Source: Antedon mediterranea
Lineage: Eukaryota > Animalia > Echinodermata
Direction of reading: 5' to 3'
Assembly (NCBI RefSeq): GCF_964355755.1
Contig: NC_092674.1
Span: forward strand, 25,482,001-25,546,000
Length of the DNA: 64,000 nucleotides
Shown: positions 51,701 to 64,000 of the stretch, piece after piece
How positions within the stretch are numbered: position 1 is the first letter of the stretch
How the letters are laid out: every line of letters begins with the position of its first letter
Translations under genes and position numbers: made by a program
The notes under the pieces: model-generated
Databases searched by the model: none
The model's input: the letters and a program-made list of their open reading frames with translations, nothing else
Told to the model about the DNA's origin: nothing

Positions 51701-54700
51701 CAAAATTGATGAATTATTCAAAATGTCGCTTGTCATTGGTCATCTCGCTTGCGTTGCGTCTGCGTCCTTGAGTTAGAACTCAGAGCATTTTATTATACCA
51801 TTTTGATATACCTTATAATAAATCTCTCAATAAATATTGTGTACACTTATATTTTGTATACCATGATATAAAGAATTATTTTTAAAACAGTTTAATTATG
51901 TGTTATTAAATGCCTATTAGAAAGAATTTAAATTTAAAAAATAAACCAATAATATAATTTCCTGTTTTTAAACATTTACTTAAAAAAAATATATTTTTAC
52001 ATTCAATCATAAGAACTTATTTTTCTTGTCTTTATATACCATAATAAACTCTAATAAAAAAATTGTCAGACAATCTCAAATATGCTTATTTGTAATAGAA
52101 AAAAAAAGTGTAATATTTTTAATAATTTTCAAATAAAATCCATGGGATCCTAAATCTTGTTGTCTTTTTCACTTCATTTCATCATTTTTTGTTAAAGATC
52201 TTAAGCTCTGTCTACACTATCAAACAAGTTTGACAAAAAAAAAGTGGTATGCCCAGATACTGTAGTGATATGTATAAAGTTTGATAGTGTAGACAAACTA
52301 TAATATTTTTTAATTGTATAGCCATAATCTTAGTATTTTTGAGATGCAAATAAAAAGTAAAATCAAATCAATAAAGTAAAATCACCTAAACAATTGTTTG
52401 GATGCAGGTTCCTCTTGAGAAAGTCTGAGCATGCAGCTTGGACATCATCCACTTGAAGCAGAGATGACAGATTGAGAAGTGATTGCACAGAGTCAACATG
52501 AATCTTAAGAACACCTGAAAGAGAAGGGTCATTTAAAACATAAGCTGTGGAAATCTTCCAAACTTTCTGATTGAGAAGTGACTGTACAAAGTCAACATGA
52601 ATCTTAAGAACACCTAAAAGAGAAGGTCATTTAAAACATTAGCTATGGGAATCTTCCAAACTTTTTGATTGAGAAGTGATTGTACAAAGTCAACATGAAC
52701 CTTAAGAACACCTGAAAGAGAAGGGTCATTTAAAACATTAGCTGTGGAAATCTGCAAAACTTTTCGATTGAGAAGTGATTGCACAGAGTCAACATGAACC
52801 TTAAGAACACCTGAAAGAGAAGGGTCATTTAAAACATTAGCTGTGGAAATCTTCCAAACTCCCTGATTGAGAAGTGACTATACAAAGTTCACATGAATCT
52901 TAAGAACACCTAAAAGAGAAGGTCATTCAAAACATTAGCTATGGGAATCTTCCAAACTTTTTGATTGAGAAGTGATTGTACAAAGTCAACATGAATCTTA
53001 AGAACACCTGAAAGAGAAGGGTCATTTGAAACATTAGCTGTGGAAATCTTCCAAACTTTCTGATTGAGAAGTGACTATACAAAGTTCACATGAATCTTAA
53101 GAAAGCCTAAGAAGGACATTTAAAAGACACTTTTCAAACTTTGAACAGTGAAGAAATGTTGAATCTAAGACCACTCTTAACCTAAACTAATTAGGTGTAA
53201 CTGGGTTGAAACTTCAGTTGTAAACTAAGTCTTGTAATTATCTGAGGAGAAGACTTGTTCTACTACAAGAACTATGATCAGGTTATAGGTACAATGCCCC
53301 TAATACCAGTATTTAGGTTTGACACTATTGCTGGCTGTAAATTACAAATCTGTAGGTCATTTTTAAGTTAACCAAGATTATTTATAAACATATCAGCTAT
53401 CAACATCTTGAAGAAATTGATGATCAATACATACAAGGTCAACTGATAAAGTACATGGATAGAATGAGCTTGGATTTTTTCCTGTTTTGATAATGCACAT
53501 TTTTTTTTATACAGTATGTTCACCTCTCTATATGGACCCTATGTGAAGTACACTTTTTAGTTTTTTATTTTACAACAAATTATGGAAAGGAAAATCTTTT
53601 AATCCTTACTGAAGCCCTGTCTACACTATCAAACATGACAAAAAAATGTGATGTGCCCATGGACATCACATTTTTTTAACTACCATATTTTAGGTATATC
53701 ACTACCATATTTTGGCACATCACACTTATCTTTTGTCAAACTAGTTTGATAGTGTAGAAAGAGATTAAATTATAAACATTTATACAGGGAATTTTACTCT
53801 TTCCTGATTTATACTACTGCAAAATTGCGTTTGTAAAGCAAGCATTACGCAAAACTACAGTGTAAACATTTTTGCATTCTTCAAGTAAATTCAAGAGGTT
53901 ATGAGTTAAAATTGTAGATCCACTATCTGCATATTGTTTGTCAATGTTGTTTTTAAAGATTTGTTTTTAAAAATGAATGTGCGAAGAAAAAAAATTTCAA
54001 CCATGCAAATCAGTGATTGTAAAATCAAAAAGTACTCGGGTTGATTAATGTTTGGCTTTTTTTAATACTTAATTTTACTTTAAAAGGTGAAAGTGTATAA
54101 CACAAAGAGAAAAAAAGATCTTTCTTCAGTATTAAAACAAGAATAAATCTTCTTTATGATTTTTGCAGAAATTTCCAAAAATGAAAGTTAATATCCCAAA
54201 TGGCCAATAAATTGAAGTATATATCTTCCGGGTAAAATTAAATGAGTAAAATGTTCGGTTTCATAGGAAGCAATTGTTATCTTATTCAACCTGTTTATCA
54301 TTGAATTAAGTTGCAAAACACCAGAATGTATTAAAGACTAGAATCGGCATTCAAACGTAATCAGTTAAATGAACTTCCTGCGCATGTTGATACGCCATTC
54401 TAATTCTTTCGCATTTGTGCTGTTTTCTATTTGCGTTTTTTCTTGTAAATTTCAGTATATCATGATTAAAAACGAAACTTGTCTATCCTACGTATTGTCT
54501 TACAAAACATAAAAAATATATAGATGTATAAAATCAACTTTGAATAGGTCATTTTGTAGTTATTCATTTTTGTCAGGGAAACGAGCCAAAAATAATGATA
54601 TGGCTTTATGAAAAAAGACAAAATAAATGGTTACATTTTTTAGCCAATTGACATTTTTTTTTATTTAAATTTATTTTTTATTTAAATTTATTTTTTTATT

Positions 54701-57700
54701 AAATTTATTTTTTATTTAAATTTATTTATTATTTAAATTAATCTTTTATTTAAATTTATTTTTTATTTAATTTTATTTTTTATTTAAATTTATTTAAAAA
54801 CAAATAAATTTTAATTAATTTTGTTTCAACCCACATTTCGGTCAAATAATTATCATTATTATTGAAATGACCTATTCAATATCTGTTTTTAATTTGGGAC
54901 TTTTTTTAGATGAAAGGGTTAGGAAAAAAACCAGTTCAAAAAAAGACCAAACATCTCTACTACTAATCATTAATCATGAATTATTAATTGATTATAAATT
55001 ATTAATTAGCTGAACATATTATAGTTATAGTTGTGTATGAACATTTTGTGATATAATAAAATAAATTCATAATTTTTTTATTATTCTAATGTTTTCAGCT
55101 AACCTTTATTTAGATCATCAAAATAAACCTTCTTTAATAATTTAAACAATTATTTTTACCAATTAGAAAGAAAGTAAAAAACATGTATTTATAGAGAAAT
55201 TATAAGTGAAATGATGGAATTATTTTTGAAAAAAGAAACTAATTGAGTGCATTCGGAACGAGTCTTCAAATCAACAGTACCAATTAAAAACATGTTTATT
55301 TTTAAAGTTAATAGGAAATTGAGAGGGTCAATAAAATGTTGTAACTTAATTTAGCTAGCGCTTAGACTTCCTGTTTAAATTAGAATCACTCTATTAATCT
55401 ACGTAAATATATTTTATCAAATTATTTTTTGTTAGATAATGTATAGTTTATTCAAAGAAAGGCATTGAACTTATGTCATTTATTATTGCCATATTTATTA
55501 ATTAATTTCAGTGATTTTATTGTAATTAGCTTGAATTGTTATTTTAACTATTTTCCATAACATTGAATAAATTCATCTGGTTCCAAATAATATTTTTGTG
55601 GATTTTTACTTTTATGTTAAACCAAGACAACGAAAAGGAATAAAATTACCTTCCTGACGTTTCGCCGACAATCTGTCAGCTGCTTCAGACTAATGCCTGG
55701 GTTGGAATGGTCTGGTTTTTTGTAAGTGACGCTGAAGAGCGCAGATAGAACCATCAAACCACGTTTTTGGAGACGGTATGTTGATGATGTTTTTGCCATT
55801 GTCCATAAAGATGCACCTCTCCCCCTCAATCGCCATCTTGATAGCATTGACCCGTCGGGCAACATCAAGTTTACCACAGAAATAATGTCAGAGAAACAAA
55901 TACCATTCTTGGACATGATTATCACGATTAAACAAGATGGAACACTCGCTACCAAGGTATACCGAAAACCAACTCACACCGACCAATACTTGGACTTCCA
56001 CTCTAATCATCCCTTAGAACACAAACTAAGCGTGGTTAACACGTTAGTGAATAGAGCAGACACAATTGTTAGTGAAGAGAAAGATAAAAAACATGAGTTG
56101 GAACACATTAGAAAAGCATTGAAAATTTGTAACTATCCAAAATGGTCAGTAGACAGAGTCGTAAACAAGAGAAAAGAACAAAAGTCAAAAAACAAACCAG
56201 AAGAACGCCAAAGAAAGGAAATGGAGAAGATGAAAGCTCACATAGGTATCCCATACATACACGGAATTTCTGAAAAGATTCGATGCACTTTTGCTAAGCA
56301 CAAAGTGAACACTTTCTTCATTCCAAGTAATAAATTAAAGAATGGACTGGTCCACCCAAAAGATAGAATAAAAACCGAAGACATGTGCGGGGTTATATAC
56401 GAAGTGAACTGTCTAAACTGTGAGAAAGTATATATAGGAGAGACCGGAAGGGCACTGAATACAAGAATTGGGGAACATAAAAAAGACGTATCAATACACA
56501 ACCAAGTAGTTAGAACACGTGCTAATAGAAATTCTTCGTCCAAGGTTTTACATAAGTCAGCCATAACTGACCACGCTATAGGGAATGACCATATTCCAAA
56601 TTGGAATGCGAGAGTTATTGAAAAAGAAGCACAGACAGACAAAAGAAAAATAAAAGAATCTATCTGCATAAGAAAAAGACCACATAATATCAACAGAGAC
56701 ATTGGTGGGTATGACCTCCCACATACATATGATAGTTTGCTGGAAAAAGTTGAAGCAGGAGGGGGCCAGCGGAGACGCTCTACCGTCAATACCAACCAGA
56801 CGGCTGGTGGCGCTGTTCAGCGTCACTTACAAAAAACCAGACCATTCCAACCCAGGCATTAGTCTGAAGCAGCTGACAGATTGTCGGCGAAACGTCACAA
56901 AGGTAATTTTATTCCTTTTCGTTGTCTTGGTTTAACATAAAAGTAAAAATCCACAAAAATATTTTCCATAAATTTTATTTTCATTCAACATTTTTAATTA
57001 ACACCCGATTCACACATTAAACACAAATGTAATAAAATGTTATGGATCTTTTGGGAAAATCGTTTTCACACACTAGTTTTTTATGTTGCATAAAAACTTG
57101 ATAAAAGATATGTGCATACACTATGCCCAGATACTGATGCATAACCAACTTTTTTCAACATTTTGGATCAATGTAACACGGAAAGATTTTAACACGATCA
57201 TACGAAAGTGATAATTTGTTACAATATATCGGTGTCTTTATTTCCATACAACATCAAACATATAATACAGTATAAAAAAAAGTGCCATGACAACCGAAAA
57301 GCATTTATTTGTACGTATGTGTGAATCAGGAGTTAAAAATTGCACTAGATTACATTAGTATAGTGGTTTGGTAATCAATTTTTACCTGTATAAGCATAGT
57401 TTATTAACAGTTCCAAGGAAGCTGCATCTATTTCGTTCATTTGAATCACGCTTTGGTACGCTTCCTTCATATCACCGGTAAACATTGCGAAAAAGTACGG
57501 ACTGAATGCTGCTAAAACAAGTTTATGCGCCCAGATTTTAGCTCCCTCAACGTTCAGCTGAACATCGCAAAGTTTTTCTATATATCTCAACTGATACATC
57601 TGCGATAATAGCCGGCTCCCATGATGCTCTTGTGCACGATGGACACTGTAGTCCGCAAAATTTTCTTTAAAATCGTCATAATCCATTCCTTTGGCGTTTG

Positions 57701-57719
57701 CTTTGCAGATGTATTTCAT
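41982..57719 (-). CDS. Kelch-like protein (BTB-BACK-Kelch, KLHL20/diablo-like)
   Basis: Phase-consistent exons 57719-57386, 52514-52386, 48415-47984, 46129-45968, 44136-43933, 43336-43200, 42819-42680, 42201-41982. LCDVQL..AHKLVLAAFSPYF (BTB), HPNNCLGIRSLADAHTC (BACK), GG-Y-W kelch repeats. Confidence 0.92.
42911..43058 (+). mobile_element. Possible tRNA-derived SINE fragment
   Basis: gtagcttgatggtc (A-box-like) and gggtttaatcc (B-box-like) with tRNA-like spacing; no full cloverleaf. Confidence 0.35.
44975..45870. repeat. 122-bp minisatellite with two sub-types in a Kelch intron
   Basis: Near-identical ORF translations offset by 122 bp (44991, 45113, 45235); variant units from about 45490. 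Confidence 0.9.
47040..47910. repeat. Degenerate short tandem repeat (cagcacttattcaaa), two blocks
   Basis: Recurrent cacttattca motifs at about 47040-47400 and 47720-47910. Confidence 0.6.
48613..50900 (-). mobile_element. 5'-truncated non-LTR retrotransposon (CR1/L2/Jockey-group RT) in a Kelch intron
   Basis: RT ORF 48804-50294 (NYRPISLL, QHGF, DFSKAFD, SGVPQGSILGPLLF, FADD); frameshifted upstream part 50306-50773 (PPWF); (ataaa)n tail at 48613-48640. A related 3' remnant lies near 61315-61372. Confidence 0.92.
52470..53105. repeat. 98/99-bp tandem repeat that copies the Kelch exon-2 splice acceptor
   Basis: Six to seven units of gattgagaagtgattgcacagagtcaacatgaatcttaagaacacctgaaagagaagggtc... 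Confidence 0.9.
54650..54800. repeat. AT-only tandem repeat (tttatttaaatttattt)n
   Basis: Directly visible. Confidence 0.75.
55589..56963 (+). mobile_element. Penelope-like retroelement, 5'-truncated, with an inverted terminal repeat (pLTR)
   Basis: RYVDD, VYRKPTHTDQYL, GVIYEVNCLNCEKVYIGETGR. About 55589-55736 is the reverse complement of about 56816-56963. Confidence 0.93.
56862..56898 (+). ncRNA. Minimal hammerhead-ribozyme-like motif in the Penelope pLTR (inverted copy at about 55654-55690)
   Basis: CTGAAGCA-gctgaca(gat)tgtcggc-GAAA-cGTC. Strong stem II, palindromic short stem III, C in place of the core A9. Confidence 0.6.
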
Positions 57720-59427
57720 TGGTTATTTGGATAAATAGCCTATAATACTGAAAGTAAAATAACAAATTATGAAGACATGAATTTACTAAAAATGATAATT
57801 TAAAATGATAAAATTATATATTTTAAATGTCCATCAATCACAAATAGCATATTTATAATTTCATCAAGAAATTGGATCCAAAGTTGAAGATTTTGGCTTC
57901 TAATAAAAATTATAAAGTTAACATTTATATTTTGAGCAAGATGTGAAACATAGAGTGAGAATAAACAACAACCATCTTAAGGGTTCGCACATGTCTAAAA
58001 TGTGATACATATCATCGCTTCATAGTCACTAAGTACATGGTAGACCAAGATAAGAGAGGCCAGTTTATACCTAGTCAATCCTGGGCATTCAATTTATGTT
58101 GCTTTGATAAAAAAAAAAGCTCAAACTTACCTATAAATATGTTAAATTATCTTAATGTTGACAAATCCCATGTTGTTTGTTATGTGAATATGCGAATCAA
58201 GTCAGTGTGTAATAGTAGATACCACAATGTTTTTGCTGCATATAAATAGTATTTCACAATGACACTACCTGACTTCACATATTAGAATCTACTTGTTCCA
58301 AAAAGTTGGTCATATTTTGGAATTGAGGGCAGCAGAGTTTAAAGAGCTGTCATTCATACGTCATTAGCTCATTTGGTCAGCTAACATAACATATAAAAAC
58401 AAGAATTACTCTAAGCAGCAGAAAAGCGTTTATCAGTATATTTTTTTTTGGATTATTAAGTTAAGATTATAAAAAAAATAATAAATTACCTCAAGCTTTT
58501 AGCAAGGCAGCTAGTAAATTTTGATAATCAAAAAGATTCATCTGTTAAGTTAAACTTAAGCTCTGTCTACACTGTCAAACTAGTTTGACAAAAAAAGCTC
58601 AAATATGGTAGTGATATGGCAAAATACGGTAGTGATATGACATCATCATGTCCATTATGGACACATCATATTTTGTTGTTACATAAAGTTTAATATCTTA
58701 TGTTTTTCAGAGGGTTTTTCACAAATGCATTATAACATTTTGGCCCTTTAACAATCTATAATTTCAGTGTGAATCAAGTTTAAGTTTAAATGTTAAAGAA
58801 TACAGTATCTAACAATAACATTCAAATTTTAAAATACTGTATATCTTTTATATATTTTGTTATTTATTCAATACCTCTTATATACACATACAAAAATGAA
58901 CAGTAAATACAATAGTTATAGCTAAATTAACTATAATAAATAAATTTATAAGCAAAAGTCACATTTACTTCAAGGTATTTTTATGGACAATGTATAGCAA
59001 CATAATTATTACTGGAATGAATAAATTATATAACCGTTCAATATGATTGGTCAATTGCACTGCAAACTATAAATCATATTGGTCAATAATAAATAATAAA
59101 TGTATGAATAGTTATAAAAACTCAAATATGATTGGTCACTCTTTATATACTAGAAAGATCATATATATAATAAAGCCTTACAGTATAAATTGCACTTAAA
59201 ATAAATATTAAAGAGTTAAATTCTGGGTTTAAAATTGATAGTGTTAATTAAAAATGTTTGACAATATATAGATAGTGGACATTTTAGTCTGATGGCAAAG
59301 ATATTGGTGGAAGGCATCACAACACAGAGTTTATTTTTCAAATAGCAATTTGCTTATTATAAAAGTCTAATACTGTACTGTACTTAATCTTATAGTATTC
59401 AATTCTTTATATTAGATTTTCGCTATA

Positions 59428-59819
59428 CAGTTGAACCTCCTGTACGCGGCCACCATTGGGACAGGGAAAAGTGACCGCTTACGGGAGGTAACCGGGCCCC
59501 TAAATTCTCCAGCTAATTGTATTTTATTGTTTATAATCAGGTGGTTTAGTAATATTTATGATCTTCAGACAGAATTTAAAGGTTTTATCATATGAAAATG
59601 GTCGGTCAAAATATGTATAAATATACCTAATATATATAGCACAATAAGTATCAAAATTGTATTTTTGTTGTCAAAAGTCAATACAAATTTTTTGGGTGGC
59701 CGCTTACGGGTGGTACCAAACGCACTAATTAGATAGAAAAAACAAACATGCTTTTGAATGTACGGCGTTTAAGGGAGGTGGCCGCTTACGAGAGTTGGCC
59801 GCTCACGGAGGTTCAATTG
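59428..59819. mobile_element. Tc1/mariner (pogo/Tigger-like) MITE
   Basis: ta|cagttgaacctcc ... ggaggttcaattg, with internal ggccgcttacg repeats. Confidence 0.7.
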
Positions 59820-60237
59820 TGTTTATAAAGCATGTACTGGTTTCACAGGGTTTTTAAAATTAAGAACTTCTTTATGTTAGTTTAAGGCTTGTTCTTTTCA
59901 AAAGTTTTTAAAAAGAAAAATATTTGTAATCAATATTGAGATTGAAATAAATAAACGTTAATGTACTAAATATAGTTTGATAAACTATTTATATAATCAC
60001 AAAGGGTAATACCAGATAAAATAATAAAAATAAATAAAAGAAATTATTCAATTCTTTATATATATTTTTGCTATATCTAAAAGATGAATGAATGAATGAC
60101 TACTGGTTTTACTGTGTTTTTTTAATTGGAGAATTTAATTCTTTGTTAATCTCACACTTGTCTTTTATTTATTTCAATTGTATATTCCCGGGAAATAATA
60201 AATGAATATATATATAAATACTTGGTCATTGCACAGT

Positions 60238-63200
60238 TCAGAAAGGGTTGATAGTATCACCAGTTGCTAATGGTGAGAAGCTGTTGCACGTAGCCCACAT
60301 CAGAGCCTCGTTGATTGACATGGCGGAAACGCTATCTCCTAGAAAGAACGATGCACCCTAAAAAAAAAAAAATAATAATTTTAATCAATTCAGAAATAAA
60401 TAAGAGAGAATTAAATAAACGTTAATGTACTAAGGATAATATAATAAACTATTTATTTAATCGTAAAGTAATGTAATACCAGAATAGTTTTATGCTTAAA
60501 TTGAATGTGTTCCAATGGGTTGTTTTTAATAACAATTTTTTCATAATGATAGAAAAATACAACAATCAGAACACCCTTTTGCTAAGGTGTAAAATTAAAC
60601 GCCTATGTTTTATTGTACTTGTCATTTCCTGTTACTTAACTTTACCAACAATTTTATCAAAATGCTAATTGTATCAACCAAAACTTTAGACTTCAAAGTG
60701 CAAGTAAACATGGTATAAAGATATTTTTTCAGTATTTTAAATCTTGGATTATTTAGTTTCAGTATAAAATTATTATTTTGAAAATTCCAACTTATGTCTG
60801 ATTTCACTTGCATGTGGCACAGATAAAATAATTAAAACAATGGTAAATTAACTCATTTCTATGATTGTGATGATGATGATGACTATGTATGATTATGTAT
60901 GATAATGATTATAATCAGTGCATTCTACATCACCTGTATACGTTTATCAGTTAAAATTGATATATGAACATCAGAATGACTAGGAAACTGAGAGCCTGTG
61001 ACCAGGTAACAACCAGGCTCTACCAAGGTTTCTGATTGGCTGACACGATCCAGCAAAACTTTGTAGTCTGTTTGATTTTTGGCAGTTGCTGTAGCAGATT
61101 TATTATCACTTTTACTGAAATAGAAAACGCTCAATTAATATACAAATAATGAATGTTTATGAAAAAACGCAGTGTTCAAACTTTAGACGCAGAGTAGAAC
61201 AGTTTTAGACGGCGCACACAAAAAGTTGATTTACGAACGCGATCAGTCAACAACGTAGCATGGTAACAATTTTCAGAAAGCTGAACGTTCATTAGACCAT
61301 GTTAATTATCACCATTATTTTATTTTATTTCGAAACCCAACCAACAGCAAAAGAAATTCGCCAATAACAGGAGGGTATATAGATATCACTTAGGGCGAAT
61401 TCCTAATGACATGCGTTGCATAATTAACCAATCAAATTGCAAGATGTGCGAGTTTATCCTTGATATTTCACTCCACTACATGAGTCTCTGAGACTTATAT
61501 TGTACTTATTTGTTGTATGTGTAAGAATATTTCAAATTTGTTTAAAACTTTATTTGAATTAAAAACAAGGAATACTTACAGAACACTAGAGTTTGAACAC
61601 ACACTAATCGCTGTTATCTCAGCTAAGATCCTCTCATCAGTAATACCAACATCCACAGTGTATTTTCCCATCAAATTCCTAGAATATAAAGACATACATT
61701 GGTAGTCAAATAAAATAATCATTGATATTGATATTTTTCCGCCAACGTAAGGATAGGGGTTCCTCTACAGTATTTAATGACTTCTTCCAATTAGAGACCA
61801 CATACTTTTTATGTGAATGATGGCAATATAACTAATTTCTTTACCTAAAATTGTTAAAATCACCAAAAGTGGCCTTAAATTTGGAAAAATATCTCATTAT
61901 TTGAAGGGGACTTTAAGGTTGTAAGATTCATAGCAGATGGAGTATCTCATTATTTTTAGGGGGTTTAAGGTTGTAAGATACATAGCAGATGGAGTATCTC
62001 ATTATTTTTAGGGGGTTTAAGGTTGTAAGATACATAACAGATGGAGTATCTCATTATTTTTAGGGGGGTTTAAGGTTGTAAGATACATAGCAGATGGAGT
62101 ATCTAATTATTTTTAGTGGGGTTTAAGGTTGTAAGATACATAGCAGATTGAGTATCTCATTATTTTTAGGGGGGTTCAAGGTTGTAAGATACATAGCAGA
62201 TGGAGTATCTCATTATTTTTAGGGGGTTTAAGGTTGTAAGATACATAGCAGATGGAGTATCTCATTATTTTTAGGGGGTTTAAGGTTGTAAGATACATAG
62301 CAGATGGAGTATCTCATTATTTTTAGGGGGGTTTAAGGTTGTAAGATACATAGCAGATGGAGTATCTCATTATTTTTAGGGGGGTTTAAGGTTGTAAGAT
62401 ACATAGCAGATGGAGTATCTCATTATTTTTAGGGGGTTTACGGTTGTAAGATACATAGCAGATGGAGTATCTCATTATTTTTAGGGGGGTTTAAGGTTGT
62501 AAGATACATAGCAGATGGAGTATCTCATTATTTTTAGGGGGGTTTAAGGTTGTAAGATACATAGCAGATGGAGTATCTCATTATTTTTAGGGGGTTTAAG
62601 GTTGTAAGATACATAGCAGATGGAGTATCTCATTATTTTTAGGGGATATAAGGTTGTAAGATACATAGCAGATGGAGTATCTCATTATTTTTAGGGGGGT
62701 TTAAGGTTGTAAGATACATAGCAGATGGAGTATCTCATTATTTTTAGGGGGTTTAAGGTTGTAAGATACATAGCAGATGGAGTATCTCATTATTTTTAGG
62801 AGTGGTTTTGGTACCTTGCATGTTGTAACATTGGAATGACGACATCATCGTATTGGTTCTGGAAAGCTTTCAGAGCTCCAACATACGCACTGATAATAAG
62901 TAACTCGGTTCGCAATCTGAAAATGAAAACACCAAGAAAATCAATTTTGTCCAACTGGCACTGGTCATTTTCAAACTATATGCGCTTACATTGCAGGGGT
63001 TACAGGCAAGAGAAAAGAAAGAAAAACAAAACGTACTGTGCGTTCTTCAAGCGTTTCAGTCTGCATTTTCTGATACAACTGAGTAGATCAACTAACGGCG
63101 CAACACTGTCTAGGTGAATCGTTGGACTTTTCAACTTATCTAAAAAAAAATTGTCAAATTGTTAATACACAATTTGTGTAAATTTAATAACTGCTGTGAA

Positions 63201-63641
63201 ATAACTTTGGGTAGGGAGTAAAGTAATTGATTTAGATGTTTTGCCCTACTCAAACATACCAAAATTTGTAGGTAATTCAAACTCAAACCAAGGTCTCTAG
63301 ATAACTAGCATGAATAGGGTAGAACATCTGACCGATAGCAAATGTGTACACTGTATTATTACACATCCCCAAGAAATCAAACAGCATCGGCAAACTATTA
63401 AGAAAATGTTGGCACTTTCATATAAGCAAAAAAACATAAAAGCATACAAACTTAGCACTCTCAATTCCCACAGGGTTACATAATAAAAGTTATAGCTACC
63501 TTTTAACTCCGGCATTGCAACCTCAAGAGCCAGTTCAGGTGATGATGACAAGAGACAATATTTGACAAACTCCATCAAGTTGCCTTTTGACTTAAACTCT
63601 TCAGCCAGTGATAAACATTCATCCATGTCCGGTAATCCACA
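60238..63641 (-). CDS. WDR17: WD repeat-containing protein 17, C-terminal exons (5' partial)
   Basis: Exons about 63641-63500, 63139-63035, 62917-62815, 61678-61580, 61114-60934, 60357-60238. VTGSQFPSHSDVHISILTDKRIQGASFFLGDSVSAMSINEALMWATCNSFSPLATGDTINPF* matches the WDR17 C-terminus as recalled. Confidence 0.85.
61890..62800. repeat. 51-52 bp minisatellite (about 17-18 copies) in a WDR17 intron
   Basis: Unit tttaaggttgtaagatacatagcagatggagtatctcattatttttaggggg(g). Confidence 0.95.
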
Positions 63642-64000
63642 CTTAAAGAATATTAAAGAAAGAAATTATGAAGTTCAGACTAGAGTAACATTTACAGCAG
63701 AACCTTCAAAATTATTAATTATTCATTAATTCATATTCAAATTTATTTCGACAAAGAAGATACATAATATATAATTGTTACAATATAAATTGGGAAAGCT
63801 CACTAAATTTTTTTCCCTTTCTCATACAATTGGAAAAAAAAATAAAAAAGAACAAATTCATAAATAAATATGGTACTAGCAAAAAAGTAAATTATAACCA
63901 TCACAGTGACTTGTGAAGCCTAGGCCTACTGTAACAACTAGAAAAGCTACATACCAGGGAAGTTATCTACTCCATTGAGGTTTTAAAATTTAGTTTAGAG

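Noticed and set aside
61890-62800. Telomere-like repeat (ttaggg within the units)
   Set aside because: One ttaggg per 51-52 bp unit; an ordinary intronic minisatellite.

Overview
AT-rich, intron-containing animal genomic DNA, probably a marine invertebrate (taxon inferred only); no prokaryotic features. Host genes: the 3' end of an F-box/LRR-type gene (+); an NKRF/CARF-like locus (+) whose XRN2-binding (XTBD) domain is split across a phase-2 intron; EXD1 (-, 12 coding exons); a BTB-BACK-Kelch gene (-, 8 coding exons); and the 3' part of WDR17 (-). The NKRF-like locus has two alternative acceptor exons downstream of the XTBD exon and three orphan paralogous acceptor exons upstream. Mobile DNA is dense: a 4.7-kb satellite-armed foldback element, a 7.6-kb IS3EU-like TIR element with a nested Helitron and P-like MITE, a second Helitron, two Penelope-like elements with hammerhead-like motifs, a truncated LINE, several MITEs and minisatellites. 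Top candidates for undescribed systems: (1) the TIR element's two convergent genes, each starting just inside a TIR with a SAM-like domain interrupted at the same intron position; (2) the array of five interchangeable exons that could each complete the single XTBD exon. All calls come from manual reading of the sequence; no database searches were run.
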